A stretch of DNA of 64,000 bases. It comes from Betaproteobacteria bacterium. Its GTDB lineage: Bacteria; Pseudomonadota; Gammaproteobacteria; Burkholderiales; SG8-39. The stretch spans positions 3,201 through 67,200 of the forward strand of contig JAQBBQ010000267.1 of NCBI GenBank assembly GCA_032125995.1. Direction: 5' to 3'. Below are positions 41,509 through 52,589 of this stretch, piece after piece; within the stretch, counting starts at the first letter, position 1; every line of letters begins with the position of its first letter. A model generated the notes under the pieces. It was not told where the DNA came from and searched no databases. It was given only the letters and a program-made list of their open reading frames with translations. Position numbers and translations under genes: made by a program.

Positions 41509-44268
41509 GTGTCCGCCGGAGCTGAGCCCGTCGCCGAGAAAACGTTGTTGTTGGTCGACGGCTCGTCGTACCTGTACCGCGCATTTCACGCGCTGCCCGA
41601 GCTTCGAAGCCCGCAAGGCGATCCGACCGGCGCGATCTACGGCGTCCTCAACATGCTACGGCGCCTCGCCGCCGACTACGAGGCGCAGGCCCGCGCCTGC
41701 GTATTCGACGCCAAGGGCAAGACGTTCCGCGAGGATGTCTACCCCGAATACAAGGCGAACCGCCCGCCGATGCCGGACGACCTCGCGGCACAGATCGCAC
41801 CATTGGTCGAAGCGGTTGCCGCGCTCGGTTGGCCGGTGCTCAGCGTCGAGGGGGTAGAAGCCGACGACGTCATCGCGACGCTGGCTGAGAACGCCAGTGC
41901 ACAAGGCTGGCGCTGCGTCATTTCCACCGGCGACAAGGACCTCGCGCAACTCGTCGATGAGCGGGTGACACTTATCAACACGATGACCAACGAGACACTC
42001 GACGTCGAGGGCGTGAAGCGCAAGTTCGGCGTTACGCCCTCGAACATCGTCGACTACCTCGCGCTGGTCGGGGATGCCGTCGACAACGTGCCGGGGGTCG
42101 AAAAAGTCGGTCCCAAGACGGCGGTGAAGTGGCTCGCGCAATACGGCTCGCTTGAGGGCGTGATCGCACACGCCGGCGAGATCGGGGGCGTGGTCGGCGA
42201 CAACCTGAGGAAGGCGCTCGACTGGCTGCCGCAGGGCCGCGCGCTTCTGCGTGTGAAGCGCGACGTGCGCCTGCCGGTCTCCCTCACCGACCTGGTCGAC
42301 GGCAACGCCGATCCCGCTCAACTCAAGGCGCTGTTCACACGCTTCGGTTTCAAGACTTGGCGGCGCGAGCTCGAGGGTGGCGAAGCGCCAGCGCGCGAGG
42401 CGGTGGCGACCACCAGCGCTTCGACAAGCGAAGCGGCGGCGCCGCCAGACGCTGCCGCGCCCGCGCGCAGACGCATCGTGTCAATCCTTGACGAGGCCGC
42501 GCTGCGCGCGCTCATTACCGAACTCGACGCGGCGGAACTCGTCGGCTTCGACACCGAGACGACCGGCCTTGAGACCATGGTGGCGCGGCTGGTCGGAATG
42601 TCCTTCGCCTTCGGCGATACCGCAGCCTACCTGCCCCTCGCCCATGAATACCCCGGCGCCCCGGCACAGGTCGGCACCGAGCCGGCGCTCGCGCTGCTGC
42701 GACCCTGGCTGGAAAACCCGCAACGCCTCAAGGTTGGCCAAAACTTGAAGTTCGATGCACATGTACTCGCGAACCATGGCGTACATCTCGCGGGCGTAGC
42801 GCACGACACGCTGCTCGAGTCCTACGTGTATGAAGTACACCTGCGCCACGACCTCGACTCGCTCGCGCAGCGCCATCTCGGCTGGACCACCATCGGCTAC
42901 GACCAGGTGACCGGCAAGGGCGCGGCACGGATTTCGTTTTCGGCCGTCGAGCTCGGCCGTGCGGCCGAGTACGCCGCTGAGGATGCGGACTGCACGCTCG
43001 CCATCCACGACGTCCTCTATCCGAAAATTCTCGCCGACGAGAAGCTGCGCAAGGTCTATGAGGAAATCGAACTTCCCGTGACACCCGTGCTGCTCGAGAT
43101 GGAGCGCAATGGCGTACTGCTCGATCGTGCAAAACTCGAAGCGCAAAGTCACGAACTCGGCAAGACCATGCTCACGCTCGAGCAGAAGGCCTACACCGCC
43201 GCAGGGCAGCCGTTCAACCTGAACTCGCCCAAGCAGATCCAGGAGATCCTGTTCGAACGCCAGGGACTGCCGGTGAAAAAGAAGACGCCGTCTGGCCAGC
43301 CCTCGACCGACGAGGACGTGCTCGCCGAACTCGCGCAAGACTACCCACTGCCGAAACTGCTGCTCGAATACCGCGCGGTCGCCAAGCTGAAGTCGACCTA
43401 TACCGACAAGCTGCCGAAGATGACGCAGCCGGAGACCGGGCGCGTGCATACCACCTACTCGCAGGCCGTCGCGGTCACCGGACGGCTCGCGTCGAACGAT
43501 CCAAACCTGCAAAACATCCCGGTGCGCACGGCCGAGGGGCGGCGCATCCGCGAAGCCTTCATCGCGCCGCCCGGCTGGAAGCTCCTGTCGGCGGACTACT
43601 CTCAAATCGAGTTGCGCATCATGGCGCACCTGTCCGGCGACGAGGGTTTGCGCCACGCGTTTGCCCACGGCCATGACGTGCACCGCGCGACCGCGGCAGA
43701 GGTGTTCGGACTTCCGCTCGAGAAGGTAAGCGATGACGAGCGCCGCACCGCAAAGACGATCAATTTCGGACTCATTTACGGCATGTCGAGTTTTGGTCTC
43801 GCGCAAAACCTCGGCATCGAGCGTCCCACCGCGCAGGCCTACATCGACAGCTATTTTTCGCGCTACCCGGGCGTCAAGCGCTACATGGATGCCACGCGCG
43901 AGCAGGCGCGCAAGACGGGTTACGTCGAAACCTTATTCGGTCGGCGCCTGTGGCTGCCCGAAATGAAATCCGGCAACCCGGCGCGGCGCCAGGGCGCGGA
44001 GCGCGCGGCGATCAACGCACCGATGCAAGGCACCGCGGCCGACCTCATCAAGCTCGCCATGGTGTCCGTGCAGGACTGGCTGCACCGCGATCGCCTGCGC
44101 GCGCGGCTCGTCATGCAGGTGCATGACGAGCTCGTGCTCGAGGTGCCGGCCGAGGAGATCGACGTGGTGACCGAGGGCGTGCGCATGCGCATGCAGGATG
44201 TCGCCCAACTCGACGTGCCACTCATCGTCGACGTCGGCGTCGGCGACAACTGGGACCAAGCGCATTGA
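41509..44268 (+). CDS. polA: DNA polymerase I
   Basis: TLLLVDGSSYLYRAFHALP (5' nuclease), a 3'-5' exonuclease region, and polymerase motifs (…LLSADYSQIELRIMAHLS…, …QVHDELVLEV…). A GTG start at 41509 or 41500 is equally possible; the ORF-track frame is open further upstream. Confidence 0.92.
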   Translation: MSAGAEPVAEKTLLLVDGSSYLYRAFHALPELRSPQGDPTGAIYGVLNMLRRLAADYEAQARACVFDAKGKTFREDVYPEYKANRPPMPDDLAAQIAPLVEAVAALGWPVLSVEGVEADDVIATLAENASAQGWRCVISTGDKDLAQLVDERVTLINTMTNETLDVEGVKRKFGVTPSNIVDYLALVGDAVDNVPGVEKVGPKTAVKWLAQYGSLEGVIAHAGEIGGVVGDNLRKALDWLPQGRALLRVKRDVRLPVSLTDLVDGNADPAQLKALFTRFGFKTWRRELEGGEAPAREAVATTSASTSEAAAPPDAAAPARRRIVSILDEAALRALITELDAAELVGFDTETTGLETMVARLVGMSFAFGDTAAYLPLAHEYPGAPAQVGTEPALALLRPWLENPQRLKVGQNLKFDAHVLANHGVHLAGVAHDTLLESYVYEVHLRHDLDSLAQRHLGWTTIGYDQVTGKGAARISFSAVELGRAAEYAAEDADCTLAIHDVLYPKILADEKLRKVYEEIELPVTPVLLEMERNGVLLDRAKLEAQSHELGKTMLTLEQKAYTAAGQPFNLNSPKQIQEILFERQGLPVKKKTPSGQPSTDEDVLAELAQDYPLPKLLLEYRAVAKLKSTYTDKLPKMTQPETGRVHTTYSQAVAVTGRLASNDPNLQNIPVRTAEGRRIREAFIAPPGWKLLSADYSQIELRIMAHLSGDEGLRHAFAHGHDVHRATAAEVFGLPLEKVSDDERRTAKTINFGLIYGMSSFGLAQNLGIERPTAQAYIDSYFSRYPGVKRYMDATREQARKTGYVETLFGRRLWLPEMKSGNPARRQGAERAAINAPMQGTAADLIKLAMVSVQDWLHRDRLRARLVMQVHDELVLEVPAEEIDVVTEGVRMRMQDVAQLDVPLIVDVGVGDNWDQAH

Positions 44269-44279
44269 AGAACAACGAT

Positions 44280-44316
44280 GCGTTGCACGGCGGCATTCCA
44301 TGCCGCAGCGCAACGC
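44280..44316. terminator. interrupted 14-bp hairpin between convergent polA and the DUF4197 gene
   Basis: GCGTTGC-AC-GGCGGCAT-TCC-ATGCCGC-AGC-GCAACGC, that is 7-bp outer and 7-bp inner stems. A T-rich tail (TCGTTGTTCTTC) follows only on the minus-strand reading. Confidence 0.5.
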
Positions 44317-44343
44317 CAACGTTCAGAAAAAGCGGGTGCTCGA

Positions 44344-45024
44344 CTACTGGATGGCGCCGAATACTTTCTTGATGATGTTCGAGGCGCTGCCGACCGGGTC
44401 GTTGCGAATTTTCTTCTCTTCCTCGGCGATCATGAAGTACAGGCCGTCGAGCGCCTTCTGCGTCACGTAGGCATCGAGGTTGGCGTGCTCTTTCTTGATG
44501 AGACCGAAGCGCGCGCCCTGTTCCGCGTACCGGTTGTACTGCCGTGCGAGATCGACTTTTGCAGTGGCGCGCTTAACGATCGGTAGGAAACGCGCGCGTA
44601 GCGGATCTGAGGTCGCGCGCTGAAAGTACTCCGTGCCCGCCGTCTCGCCGCCGGTGAGAATGCCCTTCGCATCCCGAACCGTCATCTTCTTCACCGCGTC
44701 GACCAGCAAACGCTTGGCTTCCGGCACCGCCGCTTCGGCCGCCCGGTTCATGGTGAGAATCAGCTCGTCGGCAGTGCGGCCCATACCGAAGCCGCGCATC
44801 AGCTGCTCCGCAGTCTGCAGCGATTCTGGCAGGGGGATCTTCACCCGCGAATCGCCGAAGAATCCGTCGGTCCGCCCGAGCGTCTGCACCGCGAAACCGG
44901 CGCCTTTCTCCAGCGCCGCCTTGAGACCCGCGACGGCATCCCGGTTCGTGATGCTGTCGATTTGAGCCCAGGCAGGAAGCGCACTCGCAAAGGCGAGCAG
45001 CAGTGTCATCGATGTTCGAATCAT
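44344..45024 (-). CDS. DUF4197-domain periplasmic protein
   Basis: 226 aa with a signal peptide (MIRTSMTLLLAFASALPAWA). …GLKAALEKGAGFAV… and …YVTQKALDGLYFMIAEEEKKIRNDP… are typical of DUF4197. Confidence 0.8.
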   Translation of the reverse strand: MIRTSMTLLLAFASALPAWAQIDSITNRDAVAGLKAALEKGAGFAVQTLGRTDGFFGDSRVKIPLPESLQTAEQLMRGFGMGRTADELILTMNRAAEAAVPEAKRLLVDAVKKMTVRDAKGILTGGETAGTEYFQRATSDPLRARFLPIVKRATAKVDLARQYNRYAEQGARFGLIKKEHANLDAYVTQKALDGLYFMIAEEEKKIRNDPVGSASNIIKKVFGAIQ

Positions 45025-45059
45025 TCAGGTTCTCCACAGCATTCGATTGGTGCGTCGGA

Positions 45060-46010
45060 TCAGCGCGCCGCGTCAACGCCCGCCGCCTGCGCCTGCCGGT
45101 CGGCGTGATATGAGGAACGCACCAACGGCCCGATCGCCGCGTGGCGGAATCCCAGCGTCGCTGCCTCGCGCTCGAAGCGCGCGAAGGTCTCGGGCGTGAC
45201 GTAGCGCTCGACCGGTAAATGATGCGCCGACGGCGCCAGGTACTGGCCGATGGTCAGCATCTCGACGTCGTGCGCGCGCAGATCGCGCATCACCTGCAGG
45301 ATCTCCGCGTCGGTCTCGCCGAGACCCACCATGAGCCCCGACTTCGTGGGGATCGAGGGACTGCCCGCCTTGAACGCCTGCAGCAGCCGCAGCGAGTGTG
45401 CATAGTCGCCCCCCGGACGCGCCTTGCGGTAGATTCGCGGGACGGTTTCAAGATTGTGATTCATGACATCGGGCGGCGCAGCCTGGAGCACCTCGAGTGC
45501 GCGCTCGAGCCGCCCGCGGAAGTCCGGCACCAGGACCTCGATCGTGGTCGCTGGCGCGCGGGCGCGCACCGCGCGAATGCAATCGACGAAATGCTGCGCG
45601 CCGCCGTCCTTCATGTCGTCGCGATCGACGCTGGTGATCACGACGTAACCGAGCTTCAGCTGCGCGATGGTCTCGGCCAGATGCGCCGGCTCCTCTGCAT
45701 CTGGCGCGAGCGGTCGGCCGTGCGCAACGTCACAGAACGGGCAGCGCCGCGTGCAGATATCGCCGAGGATCATGAAGGTCGCGGTGCCCTTGCCGAAGCA
45801 CTCGGCGATGTTCGGACAGCTCGCCTCCTCGCAGACGGTATGCAGATTCTGCGCACGCAGCCTGTCCTTGATCTCGTAGAAGCGAGAGTTCGGGCTCGCG
45901 GCGCGCACCCGAATCCAGGACGGCTTGGCGAGCGGCGTGCGCGGCACGATTTTCACGGCGATGCGCGCGGTCTTCTGCGCGCCCTTTTCCTTGACGCCGG
46001 CTTCACGCAT
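45060..46010 (-). CDS. lipA: lipoyl synthase
   Basis: Start at [13 protein letters not shown]. Cluster motifs [12 protein letters not shown] and CTRRCPFC (radical SAM). Confidence 0.93.
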   Translation of the reverse strand: MREAGVKEKGAQKTARIAVKIVPRTPLAKPSWIRVRAASPNSRFYEIKDRLRAQNLHTVCEEASCPNIAECFGKGTATFMILGDICTRRCPFCDVAHGRPLAPDAEEPAHLAETIAQLKLGYVVITSVDRDDMKDGGAQHFVDCIRAVRARAPATTIEVLVPDFRGRLERALEVLQAAPPDVMNHNLETVPRIYRKARPGGDYAHSLRLLQAFKAGSPSIPTKSGLMVGLGETDAEILQVMRDLRAHDVEMLTIGQYLAPSAHHLPVERYVTPETFARFEREAATLGFRHAAIGPLVRSSYHADRQAQAAGVDAAR

Positions 46011-46644
46011 GGGCGAGTTTCTCCGCGAGAACCGTCGCGAGCCGCTCGCCGGCCTGCACTGGCGTGAGGGCGAGACCGAGGTCCTTGGTCTGGGTGACCC
46101 GAAGACCCGGATACCCGCAGGGGTCGATCGCGTCGAATGGCGCAAGATCCATGTCGACGTTCAACGCGAGACCGTGGAAGGCGCGGCCGCGCGCGACGCG
46201 GATGCCAAGCGCAGCGACCTTGGCGCCGCCGACATAGACGCCGGGCGCGCCCGGCCGGCGCTCGCCGGCAACGCCGTGCTCGGCGAGAACGTCGATGATC
46301 GTGTCTTCGAGCAGGCAGACGAACGCGCGCACCTTGATCGCGCGTCGCGCGAGATCGATGAGCGTGTACAGCACCGCCTGCCCCGGTCCGTGGTACGTCA
46401 CCTGCCCGCCGCGATCGACCCGAACGACCGGGATGTCGCTGCCGCGGGGTCCATGGGCCGCACGGCTCCCCTGCCCCAGCGTGTACACCGGCGGGTGCTC
46501 GAGGAGCCACAATGCGTCGGGCGTCGTTGCGTCGCGATCCCGTGTAAACGCGCGCATCGCCTCCAGCGTCGGCAGGTAGTCCGCCCGCCCGAGGCGCTGC
46601 AATGCGATTGCCGGTCGCAGGGTCGCGAGCACCGCCGACATCAC
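46003..46644 (-). CDS. lipB: octanoyltransferase LipB
   Basis: 213 aa, …[12 protein letters not shown]… and …KVAALGIRV…. Overlaps the lipA start by 8 nt. Confidence 0.9.
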   Translation of the reverse strand: MMSAVLATLRPAIALQRLGRADYLPTLEAMRAFTRDRDATTPDALWLLEHPPVYTLGQGSRAAHGPRGSDIPVVRVDRGGQVTYHGPGQAVLYTLIDLARRAIKVRAFVCLLEDTIIDVLAEHGVAGERRPGAPGVYVGGAKVAALGIRVARGRAFHGLALNVDMDLAPFDAIDPCGYPGLRVTQTKDLGLALTPVQAGERLATVLAEKLAHA

Positions 46645-46907
46645 AGCACCATCACCACGTGGGGGTCATCGCAAAGCTCCTGATAGAGTGCATCGAGCTG
46701 CTCGCGCGAGCGTGCCTCGATGGTTACGGTGAGGCTGAGGTACTTGCCTTGGCGGCTCGGGCGCATCTCCATGGTCGCCGGCTCGAAGTCCGGCGCGTGC
46801 TTGAGGACGATCTTCATCACGCTCTGCGCGAATCCACCCTCGCGCCGGCCCATGATCTTGAGCGGGAAGGGCGTGGGAAATGCGAGCAGCGTATGCCCGA
46901 GGTCCAT
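46641..46907 (-). CDS. ybeD: DUF493 (YbeD-family) protein
   Basis: 88 aa, FPTPFPLKIMGR…. In the canonical position upstream of lipB; 4-nt overlap. Confidence 0.85.
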   Translation of the reverse strand: MDLGHTLLAFPTPFPLKIMGRREGGFAQSVMKIVLKHAPDFEPATMEMRPSRQGKYLSLTVTIEARSREQLDALYQELCDDPHVVMVL

Positions 46908-47798
46908 TCAGGCGGCGGCTTTCTCCCGGCCGGCACGCATCACCGTGCGCTTGAACTCCTGATAGAGCACGTACATGCGCCGGAACATCGGCCCCGGCTT
47001 GCCGTCGCCGACCGCGGTGCCGTCGAGCGATACGATGGCAAGCACCTCTTTCGACGACGAGGTCACCCAGATTTCGTCAGCCGCGCGCGCCTCGCCCTCG
47101 CTGATCTCCCGAATCTCGAGCGGCAGGCCTGCCTCACGCGCGAGCTCGACCACCACATCGTAGGTGATGCCGGGCAGAATCAAGTTCGACTTTGGCGGCG
47201 CCTGGATCACACCGCCCTTGACGATGAACACGTTCGACGCCGAGGCTTCGGTAAGCTTGCCGTCGCGAAACAGAATCGTTTCGGCCGCGCCCGCTTCCGC
47301 GGAGACCTGGCGCAGCAGGCAGTTGCCGATCAGCGAGATCGACTTGATGTCGCAGCGCTGCCAGCGGAAATCCTCGGCACTGCGCGCGGCCGCACCACGC
47401 TCGACCAGCGCCGCGGGCGGGCTGACGAGCGGGTTTGACATTGCGAACACCGTCGGCTCGACGCCCTGCGGGAAGGCGTGATCGCGTTTCGCGACGCCGC
47501 GCGTGACCTGGAAATACAGGCCCTGGTCCTCGAACGGTTGCGCAGCGATCAAGCGCTGGATGACATCGCGCCACTGCGCACGGGTGTACGGATTCTTGAT
47601 GCGCACCGCGCCGAGGCTGCGCTCGAGTCGCGCCAAGTGCTCCTCGAGCCGGAACGGCACGCGTGAATACACTGGCACCAGCTCGTAAATCCCGTCGCCG
47701 AATATGAACCCGCGATCGAGCACCGGAATCTTGGCCTGCTCGATCGGCAGAATCTCGCCGTTCAGGAACACCATGTCGCTCACGGAAGCCCCCGTCAT
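46908..47798 (-). CDS. dat: D-amino-acid aminotransferase (fold-type IV PLP enzyme)
   Basis: …VFLNGEILPIEQAKIPVLDRGFIFGDGIYE… and …EASASNVFIVK…. The ATG at 47798 overlaps the upstream gene's stop (ATGA); an alternative ATG at 47774 is possible. Confidence 0.8.
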   Translation of the reverse strand: MTGASVSDMVFLNGEILPIEQAKIPVLDRGFIFGDGIYELVPVYSRVPFRLEEHLARLERSLGAVRIKNPYTRAQWRDVIQRLIAAQPFEDQGLYFQVTRGVAKRDHAFPQGVEPTVFAMSNPLVSPPAALVERGAAARSAEDFRWQRCDIKSISLIGNCLLRQVSAEAGAAETILFRDGKLTEASASNVFIVKGGVIQAPPKSNLILPGITYDVVVELAREAGLPLEIREISEGEARAADEIWVTSSSKEVLAIVSLDGTAVGDGKPGPMFRRMYVLYQEFKRTVMRAGREKAAA

Positions 47799-48934
47799 TT
47801 CAGCCACAGCCTCAGTGTATCCCACGTGCGGCCGAAGAATCCGGCGGCGGGCACTGCCTCGAGTGCGATCAGCGGGTACTCGCCCATGAGTTGATCTTCG
47901 AGGGTAACGCGCAAAACGCCGACCGGCTGATTCTGCGCCACCGGTGCGACGAGCGGCTGACGCGACAGCAACTCGGCGCTCAGCTTGGTGACCTGCGATT
48001 TGGGTACCGTAAGCACCAGGTCGCCTGCAAAGCCGGCGTTCACCAACTTCGCTTTCCCCTTCCATACCGGAATGGTCTTTACGACCTTGCCCTTTGCATA
48101 GATCTTCACGCTGTCAAACGCCTGATAGCCCCAGTTCAGCAGCTTGAGCGATTCCTGCGCGCGCGCGTCCTCAGAGCTCGACCCGAGCAGCACCGACAGC
48201 AGGCGCCGTTCCCCGCGCTGCGACGAAGCGATCAAACAATAGCCCGCCGCTTCCGTGTGCCCGGTTTTCACGCCGTCGACGCTCGGATCCAGCGACAGCA
48301 GCCGGTTGCGATTGGGCTGCGTGATGTTGTTGTAGCGGTATTCCTTTTGCGAGTAGTAGCGCGCGTACTCGGCGGGGAAGTCACGGATCAACGCCGCCGC
48401 GAGCCGATAGAGATCCTGCGCTGTCGTCAGATGTTGCGGATCGGGCAGACCAGAAGCGTTCATGAACTTCGTTTTCTTCATCCCAAGCCGAACGGCTTCC
48501 TCATTCATGCGGGTGACGAACACCTCCTCGCTGCCCGCAACCTGCTCGGCCAGGGCAATGCAGGCGTCGTTTCCGGACTGCACGACCATGCCATGAATGA
48601 GTTCCTCGACCGTTACCGGTTTTCTTGGCTCGATGAACATGCGCGATCCCTTGGTCTTCCACGCACGCGTCGACACGGTGACCTTCTGCTCGAGCGCGAT
48701 GCGCTTGTCGCGCAAGGCACTGAACACGACATAGGCGGTCATCAGCTTGGTAAGCGACGCTGGCTCGAATTGGTCCTCGGCCTTCTCGCTCGCCAGAATC
48801 TGCCCACTCGACAAGTCGGCGAGGAGCCACGCCCGAGCCGCGACCGACGGCGGCGCGGGTGCCGCGGCCTGCACGAACGCGCTCGCGGAGAGGAAAACTA
48901 CGCACAACAACCGTTTCAGCATGTGATTCCGCAT
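47795..48934 (-). CDS. D-alanyl-D-alanine carboxypeptidase (PBP5/6 family)
   Basis: Signal peptide, the SxxK motif (PASLTKLMT), SGN (VVQSGND), KTG (VKTGHT) and a C-terminal beta-domain. The start could be 48934 or 48922. Confidence 0.88.
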   Translation of the reverse strand: MRNHMLKRLLCVVFLSASAFVQAAAPAPPSVAARAWLLADLSSGQILASEKAEDQFEPASLTKLMTAYVVFSALRDKRIALEQKVTVSTRAWKTKGSRMFIEPRKPVTVEELIHGMVVQSGNDACIALAEQVAGSEEVFVTRMNEEAVRLGMKKTKFMNASGLPDPQHLTTAQDLYRLAAALIRDFPAEYARYYSQKEYRYNNITQPNRNRLLSLDPSVDGVKTGHTEAAGYCLIASSQRGERRLLSVLLGSSSEDARAQESLKLLNWGYQAFDSVKIYAKGKVVKTIPVWKGKAKLVNAGFAGDLVLTVPKSQVTKLSAELLSRQPLVAPVAQNQPVGVLRVTLEDQLMGEYPLIALEAVPAAGFFGRTWDTLRLWLK

Positions 48935-49011
48935 CAGGAAAAGGGATGCATTATAGAGAGCCAGGGCAGGTCTTCGGCAGCGGCGCCGAGATCGGACGAC
49001 GCGTGCCCGAC

Positions 49012-49875
49012 TCAGCGGACCACGACGAAGGGGCGAAAGTTCAACGCCGTGGCAATGCGTTCCGCATTCCCGCTCGCCTCATCGCGGCTTTCATAGGGGC
49101 CAAGCTGCACCTTGTACAGACCGCCGCTTGCCACGACATGGATGCGCTCGGCGGCCCAGTCGAACTGGCGCGCGAGCTGCTCGCGCATGCTTTCGGCGCC
49201 CCCACGCGCCGAGAACGCCGCAAGCTGCAGGTAGAACGCCGCAGTCGCTTCCGCGGCGGGCACGATCGCGGCGCTCGCTGACGGCGCAGCGGCCTGCGCC
49301 TCGGCCGCCCGCGCGCCCGGCACGATCGCGCTCACCTCGACGCGCGTGCTGCCGGCGCCAATGTAGCCCAGCTTGAAGGCGGCGACGTAGGACAGGTCGA
49401 TCACGCGTCCGCCGAGAAACGGCCCGCGGTCGTTGATGCGGACCACGACGCTGCGCCCGCTCGCCAGATGGGCGACACGCACGTAGCTCGGTATCGGCAA
49501 GGTCGGGTGCGCGGCCGTCATTGCGTACATGTCGTACGGTTCCCCGCTCGAGGTTTTCTTGCCGTGGTAGCGCCGACCGTACCAGCTGGCCATGCCCTGC
49601 TCGTGAAACGGCTGTACGCGGGTCAGCGGAACATAGCGCGTGCCGAAGACTTCGTAGGGGCGATTCGCAGCTCGGCTGAGCGGCTCGCGCTTCGGCACCG
49701 CATCGGGCACCTCGGCAAGGTTCGGCGGAATCGCGTCGCCCGGTCCGTCGTCCTTGTAATAGCCCCCGCCGCGCGGCGGCGTACTGCTTGCACCCTCATC
49801 GCGCGGGGGCGCGGAACCGCAGGCGACGAGACCCAACGCAAGTGCACAGACGAGCCATCGACCGGCGTGCGTCAT
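49012..49875 (-). CDS. rlpA: septal ring lytic transglycosylase RlpA with C-terminal SPOR domain
   Basis: Lipobox LVAC. DPBB domain (GMASWYGRRYHGKKTSSGEPYDMYAMTAAHPTLPIPSYVRV…). SPOR-like tail (FYLQLAAFSARGGAESM…). Confidence 0.88.
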   Translation of the reverse strand: MTHAGRWLVCALALGLVACGSAPPRDEGASSTPPRGGGYYKDDGPGDAIPPNLAEVPDAVPKREPLSRAANRPYEVFGTRYVPLTRVQPFHEQGMASWYGRRYHGKKTSSGEPYDMYAMTAAHPTLPIPSYVRVAHLASGRSVVVRINDRGPFLGGRVIDLSYVAAFKLGYIGAGSTRVEVSAIVPGARAAEAQAAAPSASAAIVPAAEATAAFYLQLAAFSARGGAESMREQLARQFDWAAERIHVVASGGLYKVQLGPYESRDEASGNAERIATALNFRPFVVVR

Positions 49876-51146
49876 TCCTGCTCGTACACCACCTTGCCCG
49901 CGACGATCGTGGCGCGTACGCGTCCCGGCAGTTCATAGCCGAGGAACGGTGTGTTCTTGCCCTGGCTCTTCAGCCCCTCGGCGGTGATTCGCACGGGCGC
50001 GTCGGGATCGAACACCACGAGGTCGCCGGGTGCGCCGATCTCGAGCCGCCCGCTCTGCACCCCCAGGATGCGCGCCGGGTCGCAGGTGATACGCGCGAGG
50101 GTTTGCAACAGCGAGCGCTTTTTCAGCACACCCCAGCGCAGGGTGAGCGGGAGCAGCAGTTCGAGCCCGGTCGTTCCAGGCGCGGCCTCCGCAAAGGGTT
50201 GGTGCTTGGCATCGTCGTCGACCGGTGTGTGGTCGGAGCACACGCAATCGATGGTGCCGTCGGCCAGACCCTCGGACAGCGCGTCGCGGTCGCGCTGCGC
50301 CCGTAGCGGCGGGTCGAGCCGGCACAGAGAGTCAAAATAGCCGAGATCGACGTCGCACAGGTGCAAGTGATGCACCCCGACATCGCAGGTTACGGGCAGG
50401 CGCTCGCGTTTCGCGGCGCGCACCATCGCCACCGCGCCTGCGGTCGAGAGCCGGCACAGATGAACGCGGGTCCCGGTCGCACGCACGATCTCGAGAATCG
50501 TGCCGAGCGCGATGGTCTCGGCAAACGACGGAATGCCCGGCAGCCCGAGACGGGTCGCGACCTCGCCGTCGTGCGCAACGCCGCGCATCAGCCATGGCTC
50601 CAGCGGTCGCAGCCAGACCGAAAATCCGAAGCTTCCCGCGTACTGCAGCGCGCGCCACAGCATCTGCGTGTCGAGGAGCGCAACGTTGGCCTGGGAAAAC
50701 GCAACGCAGCCCGAATCGGCGAGCTCGGACATCTCGGTCAGCGTCTCGCCCTGCAGCTTCACCGTCAGCGCGCCCACCGGGTAGAGACGCGCACGCGCCA
50801 GTGCGCGTGCGCGCCGACGCAGCATTTCGACCAGCCCCGGTTCGTCGAGCGGCGGGTCGGTGTCGGGTGGACAGGCGAGGCTCGTGACGCCGCCGGCAAC
50901 CGCGGCATCCATCTCCGATTCGAGCGTCGCCTTGTACTCCTCGCCGGGTTCGCGCAGCCGCGCGGCAAGATCGATGATCCCAGGCGCCACGACGAGCCCG
51001 GACGCATCGATTGTCTGCGCCGCCTTCGCAGCGCGGGCATCCGCGTCGAGCGCCGCGATTCGCCCCTTGGCGATGAACACATCGCCCTCGGCGTCGCGCC
51101 CGCTGGCCGGGTCGATCAGGCGAGCGTTGGTAATCAACAGCGTCAC
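49872..51146 (-). CDS. dihydroorotase-like protein, probably the non-catalytic PyrC' partner of aspartate carbamoyltransferase
   Basis: 424 aa with the amidohydrolase fold. The site where active DHOases carry D-x-H-x-H-LREPG reads [11 protein letters not shown] here (residues 58-68). The start overlaps the pyrB stop by 4 nt. Confidence 0.82.
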   Translation of the reverse strand: MTLLITNARLIDPASGRDAEGDVFIAKGRIAALDADARAAKAAQTIDASGLVVAPGIIDLAARLREPGEEYKATLESEMDAAVAGGVTSLACPPDTDPPLDEPGLVEMLRRRARALARARLYPVGALTVKLQGETLTEMSELADSGCVAFSQANVALLDTQMLWRALQYAGSFGFSVWLRPLEPWLMRGVAHDGEVATRLGLPGIPSFAETIALGTILEIVRATGTRVHLCRLSTAGAVAMVRAAKRERLPVTCDVGVHHLHLCDVDLGYFDSLCRLDPPLRAQRDRDALSEGLADGTIDCVCSDHTPVDDDAKHQPFAEAAPGTTGLELLLPLTLRWGVLKKRSLLQTLARITCDPARILGVQSGRLEIGAPGDLVVFDPDAPVRITAEGLKSQGKNTPFLGYELPGRVRATIVAGKVVYEQE

Positions 51147-52099
51147 GCCGAAGCCCCTGCGACCATGCTCATCACCGCCATGCGCACTGCGATGCCGAAG
51201 GTGACCTGCGGCAGGATCACCGAGTGCGGGCCATCGGCCACCGTCGAATCGATCTCAACGCCGCGATTCATCGGCCCCGGGTGCATCACGATGACGTCGG
51301 GCTTCGCGACCGCGAGCTTCTCCGCGGTGAGGCCAAAGGTCTTGAAGAACTCCTGCGCCGAGGGGAGCAGCGCCCCGCGCATGCGCTCGTTCTGCAGCCG
51401 CAGCATCACCACGGCATCGCAGCCCTTGAGGCCTTCGCGCATGTTACGGAACACGTGGACCCCGAGCGCCTCCACGCCCGGCGGAATCAGAGTCTGCGGG
51501 CCAATCACCCGAACCTCGGGTGTGCCAAGGATGTTGAGGCCGTGGATAAGCGAGCGCGCGACGCGCGAGTGCAGCACATCGCCGACGATCGCCACCGTCA
51601 GCTGGGTGAAATCCTTCTTGTAATGGCGCAGCGTATACAAGTCGAGCAGCCCCTGCGTGGGATGGGCATGGCGCCCGTCGCCCGCGTTGATGACATGCTC
51701 GTGCGGCTTCACGTGCCGCGCGATCAGGTACGGGGCACCGGAGGATCCGTGCCGGACGACGAAGATGTCGGCCTGCATGGCCGAGAGGTTCGCGACCGTG
51801 TCGAGCAGCGATTCGCCCTTGGTCTGCGAGCTCACCCCGATGTTCAGGTTGATAACGTCGGCCGATAGCCGCTTAGCAGCGATCTCGAACGTCGTCCGGG
51901 TGCGCGTCGACGGTTCGAAGAACAGGTTGAACACGCTTTTGCCACGCAGCAACGGCACCGTCTTCACCTCGCGCTCGGTCACCCCGATGAACGACTCGGC
52001 GGTGTCGAGGATGCGCACGATTACTTCGCGCGGCAGCCCCTCGACCGATAGCAGGTGTTGCAGTTCACCGTTCTTGTTGAGCTGCGGATTAGGTTGCAT
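51143..52099 (-). CDS. pyrB: aspartate carbamoyltransferase catalytic subunit
   Basis: Start at [17 protein letters not shown]. Motifs FFEPSTRTR and HPTQ. Confidence 0.93.
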   Translation of the reverse strand: MQPNPQLNKNGELQHLLSVEGLPREVIVRILDTAESFIGVTEREVKTVPLLRGKSVFNLFFEPSTRTRTTFEIAAKRLSADVINLNIGVSSQTKGESLLDTVANLSAMQADIFVVRHGSSGAPYLIARHVKPHEHVINAGDGRHAHPTQGLLDLYTLRHYKKDFTQLTVAIVGDVLHSRVARSLIHGLNILGTPEVRVIGPQTLIPPGVEALGVHVFRNMREGLKGCDAVVMLRLQNERMRGALLPSAQEFFKTFGLTAEKLAVAKPDVIVMHPGPMNRGVEIDSTVADGPHSVILPQVTFGIAVRMAVMSMVAGASA

Positions 52100-52589
52100 G
52101 TTCAAGCTGGAATGAGAGCAGGCCGTCGTCCCCGCGACGCAAGCGCAGGCGCGCGCCGGCGGGAACCTCGACGCGCGCGCCGCAGAACTGGGCGCAGATC
52201 GGCAGTTGGCGGCCACCACGCTCGGCGAGCACCGCAAGCGCGATGCGCTCGGGGCGACCGTAATCGAACAGCTCGTTCATCGCCGCGCGCACCGTCCGGC
52301 CGGTGTAGAGAACGTCGTCGATGAGCAGAACGTCGCGCCCCTCAATCGAGAACGGAATCTTCGTGCGCTTCGGATCGCGCGCCAGTCCCTGCTGATGGTA
52401 GTCATCGCGGTAAAAGGCGATGTCCATGGTGCCGAGCGGCTCGCCGATGCCGAGCAAGGCGTGCAGGCGCTCAGCGAGCCAGACGCCGCCGGTGTAGAGG
52501 CCGATCATCGCCGTCTTGGGCGTCAGCGCCGGCCGAATGACATCGGCCAACTGCACGCACAGTTGCTCCGCGTCAGGCAGCGGGTTCAT
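52089..52589 (-). CDS. pyrR: PyrR bifunctional pyrimidine regulator / uracil phosphoribosyltransferase
   Basis: 166 aa with the PRPP motif [17 protein letters not shown]. Confidence 0.9.
   Translation of the reverse strand: MNPLPDAEQLCVQLADVIRPALTPKTAMIGLYTGGVWLAERLHALLGIGEPLGTMDIAFYRDDYHQQGLARDPKRTKIPFSIEGRDVLLIDDVLYTGRTVRAAMNELFDYGRPERIALAVLAERGGRQLPICAQFCGARVEVPAGARLRLRRGDDGLLSFQLEHAT

Noticed and set aside
42481-43806. 441-aa minus-strand ORF
   Set aside because: It lies entirely antisense to polA and has no recognisable motifs.
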